Part shown: one piece after another, positions 61,656 through 64,000 of the stretch
Layout: each line of letters starts with the position of its first letter
Position numbering within the stretch: the first letter of the stretch is position 1
Source of the DNA: Oikopleura dioica
Taxonomy: Eukaryota; Animalia; Chordata
DNA: 64,000 bases
NCBI GenBank assembly: GCA_907165135.1
Contig: OU015566.1
Coordinates: 2,356,001-2,420,000 of the forward strand
Direction of reading: 5' to 3'
The notes under the pieces: model-generated
The model's input: only the letters and a program-made list of their open reading frames with translations
Databases searched by the model: none
Told to the model about the DNA's origin: nothing
Program-made: the position numbers and the translations under genes

Positions 61656-64000
61656 ATGATAAGAGATAATTCTGTAAAATTGAGTCTCATTCTGATTATA
61701 AGTGTTCTTTTTTTCGCAATTTTGGGAAAACCATACTCGAAATTGTCTGTTTCGGAAATAAGTCCGAAGCTTGAAGAAAAGATAAATTATTTAAAAGGAA
61801 AAGAGAAAGCGACTCAATCACCACCAAACAAATTTTTTTTATCAAAAAATTGTTCTTCAAGAAATGTTCCAAATTATGAGAAGATCACTAAAGCAGGGTT
61901 CCTTTAACAAAAAACAAAAAACTAGAAATTCAAGAAATTTTGTACAAGTTTGTTTTTCGATTTTATTTCATGGGAACCCCCTATTAAAGGAAAAAGAATT
62001 CTGATACCATTCCTGGTCTGGGGTCCGAACAATCAGCTTCAAGGCTTACGAGAAGCAGTTTACATCGCCAAAGCACTAAACCGTTCACTCGCTGCGCCAA
62101 TATTCTACCCAAACTGGAATCAATGGGACAAATTGCCAACTATTCTGAACGCTTCTATGCGTCTCGACGTAGAAAGTCTTTCGAGAGTCGTCTCCTTAAT
62201 TGATCCGGCAGAAGTTTCAACTCTTTGCGATGGAAAAATCGATGCGGTTTTTTTCACAAGGAGGGTCCTGAAAACGTTTAAGGGGGTAGAAACAGCTTTC
62301 TTGATTTTGAACTCTAGCTACATAAAAGAAAACATCCGGTTTATTTATGTTAACAGAAGTTCCTCATAAATGACCTAAAAGAGGGGTCCAGCCAGGGTTC
62401 CAATTTTGCCAAAAAATTTTTGGAGTGGAGTGAAGCGATGAGTTGATAGCCCAAAAAATTTTTTGAGCGGAGTGGATGCCCAAAAATTGGTTGAGCGAGT
62501 GGAGAGGGTGAGCGGAGTGGATTCTGAGTGCATTTCGAGCGAAGTTTGAGCGATTAAAATTTTTTTTTTTGCATTACATGCACCCTACGCAGAATGCACA
62601 TAAAAAAGAGTCACGGTGCCGGATTCTCTTAGAACGATTTCATTCTCGTATTAATAGTGAATTCACAGTATTATTCTACTTATGATAGAGAAAAACCGAA
62701 AATTGGAAAAGAAAGCTGATGAATTGCAGATATGATTTGCAAAAAGAAACTTGTAAAAATCTTTATACCAAAAAATAACTGTGAGCGCGTGAAGTTGAGC
62801 TCGGCGCTGCTTCCAGGGGTCCCTTAAAGAAAAGAGGTTGAAAAAGGTCGGGCCCCCACGAGCAGATAGAAACCCAAGTCATCTTTGCACGCCGTGAGCA
62901 AGCCTTTCCTTGCTCTTTCTGAAGGATAAGGAAGGGTTTTAACGAAAAGCAGGGTTTTGATTTGAGGGTGTAGCTAATGATAAACTGCTAATCTGCCAGA
63001 AACGTGCTGTTGGAACTTCTTGGCAGCAATATTCTCTATAATAGATCAATTTGATGACTGCGTGAGCCTGAGATTTTCAATTCTAAAACTGACGAACATT
63101 CAGGTAGCCAATCAAAGCTTGATTAAAAAAGGCCCAAGATACAAAAATCCACTCCATCCACTCAAAATCCACTCCGGAGTGGATTTTAAACATTGTTGGA
63201 GTGGAGTGGAGCGAATGAAAGGATGCTAAAAATTAAGGCTGTGGAGTGGATCCACTCCGCTCAAAATCCACTCCATCGCTCAGCAAAATTGGAACCCTGG
63301 GTTCAGCTTCACAAAAATGTGAATGAAAATTGTTTTCTTATTATTTGACTCGAGATATCGAGGTTGAAAATGTGCGAAAATCGAGAATTTCGGAAAGATG
63401 GGTTGCTTCTGAGCCCCATTTCTCGAAAATTTGATTATTAAGGACCCCCCGTCAGCTTTTTTTGAAAAATCGAATTTCGGAATTTTTGAATTTTGCCCCC
63501 GGAAATGGATTCAACGGGCCAAAAAACGATTTTGACGCTTCATTTTTTGGGGGTCTATCTCGACTCTAACACCCTCAAAATCGCATTTGAAAATAAGCTT
63601 TTCACCGAAAATTGACGAATTTGCCCTTATTTTGGCAACAATATTGATTTTTCTTGGTCAAATCTTCGTCTTATCAAGTTTTTGAAGCAAGTTTAACTTA
63701 AGGACACATAAAAAACCAAAAATATGGTGTTTTTTAAAATTTCGATTTTTCGTAGGATAAAGCTGACGGGGGGTCCTTAAAACAAATTTCGAGGGAGATG
63801 TTCCTAGATCTAAGATGTTTCTATCTTAAAATGAAAAGAAAAATTGAAAATCTAAGATTTTTTTGTTTGTAGCGCCAGTTAAAAATCGCTTATTTTCGAA
63901 AAAGCTGTTTCTACCCCTGAAATAATTCAAAAGATAATTCGAGATATTTAAGAGATGGCAATTAAGAATTTCTCTAAGATTCTTGATTTTTGCCATTCAT
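61656..64000 (+). CDS. O-fucosyltransferase-like (POFUT/O-FucT) protein, 5' part; runs off the window
   Basis: Type II anchor; LVWGPNNQLQGLREAVYIAKALNRSLAAP; interrupted after IDAVFFTR by a TE-filled intron ending near 63950. Confidence 0.7.
62393..63299. mobile_element. hAT-type element nested in family A copy 3
   Basis: TIR CAGGGTTCCAATTTTGC; TSD GGT(C/T)CAGC; GGAGTGGA subterminal repeats. Confidence 0.85.
63442..63776. mobile_element. Kolobok-type MITE family B, copy 2, nested in family A copy 3
   Basis: TTAA|GGACCCCCCGTCAGC ... GCTGACGGGGGGTCC|TTAA. Confidence 0.9.

Larger units (their letters stand above)
62282..63917. mobile_element. Kolobok-type MITE family A, copy 3, with two nested insertions
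   Basis: TTAA 62278-62281; right end CTACCCC|TGAA; family A sequence is contiguous once the inserts are removed. Confidence 0.85.

Noticed and set aside
1-64000. tRNA, rRNA, autonomous transposase or retroelement genes
   Set aside because: None recognised by eye; tRNAscan-SE, Infernal and RepeatMasker were not run

Overview
AT-rich, gene-dense eukaryotic DNA. The 37-60 nt introns, GC-AG and GA-AG introns, operon-like spacing and tunicate-type gene families point to the larvacean Oikopleura dioica (inference). The ORF track is fragmented by introns, so the gene models here were spliced by hand. Recognisable genes: a tyrosine kinase 3' end, a PLA2-like protein, GALM, a CUB protein, a B4GALNT-like enzyme, a large ITIH-C/GDPH secreted protein, a rolling-stone-like gene, a minus-strand run (SLC25A26, CEP162-like, PUDP, RBX1, TDRD3, a mitochondrial protein), a kelch-like protein, a Gal3ST sulfotransferase, two tail-to-tail GT31 galactosyltransferases with hevein-like C-termini, and an O-fucosyltransferase-like gene. 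About 25 non-autonomous DNA transposons are present (TTAA/Kolobok-type, 8-bp-TSD hAT-type, TA-TSD Tc1/pogo-type, one 9-bp-TSD element). Main discoveries: (1) Kolobok-type MITEs inserted at TTAAG sites appear to form exactly spliceable introns, at 50246-50727 in Gal3ST and at 59159-60337 in a GT31 gene whose paralog has no intron there; (2) a TATA-driven, poorly coding transcript at about 3.75-4.93 kb carries strand-biased clusters of miRNA-seed-like sites (CACTGCC x6, CCCCTTAA x4); (3) GT31-hevein fusion genes; (4) three small orphan peptide-precursor genes. No RNA evidence or database search was available, and homopolymer errors are possible.
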